Assembly (NCBI GenBank): GCA_964495855.1
Contig: CAZBYY010000002.1
Span: 1 to 36,662 of the forward strand
Source: an uncultured Acidobacterium sp.
Lineage (GTDB): Bacteria; Acidobacteriota; Vicinamibacteria; Vicinamibacterales; UBA2999
Reading direction: 5' to 3'
DNA: 36,662 bases
The position numbers and the translations under genes are program-made. Shown in pieces: positions 35,434 to 36,662 of the stretch. Position 1 is the stretch's first letter. Each line of letters opens with the position of its first letter. Under the pieces are notes generated by a model, which made no database searches, was not told the origin of the DNA, and saw nothing but the letters and a program-made list of their open reading frames with translations.

Positions 35434-36642
35434 CTACTGCGAAATTTCAATCTGGTTGTCGAGCAGGATGGCGCCTTCCTGCACGATCGTTTCGCCGGGC
35501 TGCAGGCCCTTCATGATCGGCATGCGGCCTTCATGGGCCGAGCCGGCGACGACTTCGCGGCGGACGAAATGCCCAGGCTTGTCCTGGACGTAGACGTACT
35601 GGTGCTCGCCGTCCGACACGATGGCGCTCGCGGGGATCTCCAGCGCCGGCTGTGGCTGCTGCACGCTGAAGCGCACGCGCGCGTAGACGTTCGGACGCAG
35701 CCGGCGATCGGCATTCGCCAGGCGCACGCGCACGGGCAGCGTGTGACGCTCCGGATCACCGATCGACGACAGCATCAACACGCGGCCCGTGAGCGTCGCG
35801 CCCGGCAGCGACGGCGTCGTCACTTCGGCGACGTCGCCCGGCCGCAGGTCGATGGCCTGGTTTTCAAACACGTCGGCGATCACCCACACCGACGACAGAT
35901 CCGCGACGACCATCAGCGACGGTGAATCTGACGACACCTGCTGGTTGACGACCACGCTCTTCTCGACCACCACGCCGTTTCTCGGCGCCGGGATCACCAG
36001 CTCGCGGCCTTCCGGTGTTGCGCGGATCGACGCGATCTTGGCGTCGGCGAGGCGCAGTGCCACTTCCGCCGTGCGCACGCGTTCACGCGCGACTTCCGCT
36101 TCCTTGGCGGCCAGCGCGCGCGACGCAACGGTGGCCTCGACGCGCGCCAGCGCGCTCTTCGCCGTGTCGAGTTCCACCTGGGCCTGTTGCCTCGCTGCCT
36201 GCATCTCGTCGACCACGGGACTGTCGATTGCGAAGAGCGACTGGCCTTCACGCACGGTTTCGCCGAGCTCCACCATCAGTCGAGTGACCCGGCCGTCGAC
36301 CGGCACGCCGACGCGCGAGCTCAGCGACTCGTCGATGCTGATGCGAGCCGGGACCGTATCGGTCCAGTGCGACCCCGCTGCCGTCACCGTGGCGAGTTTC
36401 AGGAACTTCCACTGCGGCGCGCCTTCACGCACGGTGATGTCGGTCTTGCCGGCCGTCATGTCCGGCGATTTGCTGTCCGGTGCCGGCTCGGCAGGTTTCT
36501 TCAAGAGCGCGAAGGCGATGAGCGCGGCGCCGGCCACGGCCGCGAGCACCCACCAAAGCGGCCGGCCCCCGCCGTGTGCCGGTGGTTCGGCCGGGGGCGT
36601 GCCCCCGTCGGCAGAGTGATGGGCGTTTACGGTGTCGGCCAT
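35434..36642 (-). CDS. RND efflux periplasmic adaptor (membrane fusion protein, CzcB/HlyD-like)
   Basis: The N-terminal anchor is WWVLAAVAGAALIAFALL. A lipoyl/coiled-coil hairpin region (EMQAARQQAQVELDTAKSALARVEA...) and beta-barrel blocks (GDVAEVT, RPNVYARVRF) follow. The gene ends 12 nt upstream of the RND pump gene. Confidence 0.85.
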   Translation of the reverse strand: MADTVNAHHSADGGTPPAEPPAHGGGRPLWWVLAAVAGAALIAFALLKKPAEPAPDSKSPDMTAGKTDITVREGAPQWKFLKLATVTAAGSHWTDTVPARISIDESLSSRVGVPVDGRVTRLMVELGETVREGQSLFAIDSPVVDEMQAARQQAQVELDTAKSALARVEATVASRALAAKEAEVARERVRTAEVALRLADAKIASIRATPEGRELVIPAPRNGVVVEKSVVVNQQVSSDSPSLMVVADLSSVWVIADVFENQAIDLRPGDVAEVTTPSLPGATLTGRVLMLSSIGDPERHTLPVRVRLANADRRLRPNVYARVRFSVQQPQPALEIPASAIVSDGEHQYVYVQDKPGHFVRREVVAGSAHEGRMPIMKGLQPGETIVQEGAILLDNQIEISQ

Positions 36643-36662
36643 GTAGCTCCTCGAATCTGTTG

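Overview
High-GC chromosomal segment (roughly two-thirds G+C by eye, not computed) from an unidentified Gram-negative bacterium. The gene content resembles soil Acidobacteriota or Gemmatimonadota, but that cannot be shown from this window. I saw no rRNA, tRNA, CRISPR array, transposase or integrase. Almost all of the window is coding, and many long Arg/Ala/Pro-rich ORFs in the track are antisense or off-frame shadows of the real genes.

Layout:
- 1-8276: exopolysaccharide (EPS) locus. The minus strand carries an initiating sugar transferase and a WecB/TagA transferase. The plus strand carries a translationally coupled operon: micro-ORF, CheY-like receiver, Wzz/GumC-like co-polymerase, Wzy/O-antigen-ligase-like protein, QxxRW-type GT2, and two CysE-like acetyltransferase modules, one fused to a second GT2. 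A good -24/-12 (sigma-54) promoter match precedes the operon.
- 8265-13476: NO-sensing signalling module. It comprises a stand-alone sGC-like H-NOX, an HNOBA-PAS-GAF-PAS histidine kinase, a divergent REC-Hpt protein and an NtrC-type sigma-54 activator.
- 13470-19728: kinase-less TolB-like propeller, exported SAM methyltransferase, an ArnT/PMT-like GT-C enzyme and an archaeal-type AglB/STT3 oligosaccharyltransferase with WWDQG, DHH and EL5 motifs.
- 19859-36642: heme A synthase coupled to a lipoprotein, DUF1684, a LysE-DUF1223 fusion with no canonical start codon, an FAD oxidase, a CBM9/DUF5916-type outer-membrane protein, YhbY, MscL, a DinB/YfiT protein, an Ntn-hydrolase acylase and a CzcBA-type RND efflux pair.

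The most interesting items are the bacterial AglB-like oligosaccharyltransferase module and the H-NOX phosphorelay, which may drive the neighbouring EPS operon through sigma-54.
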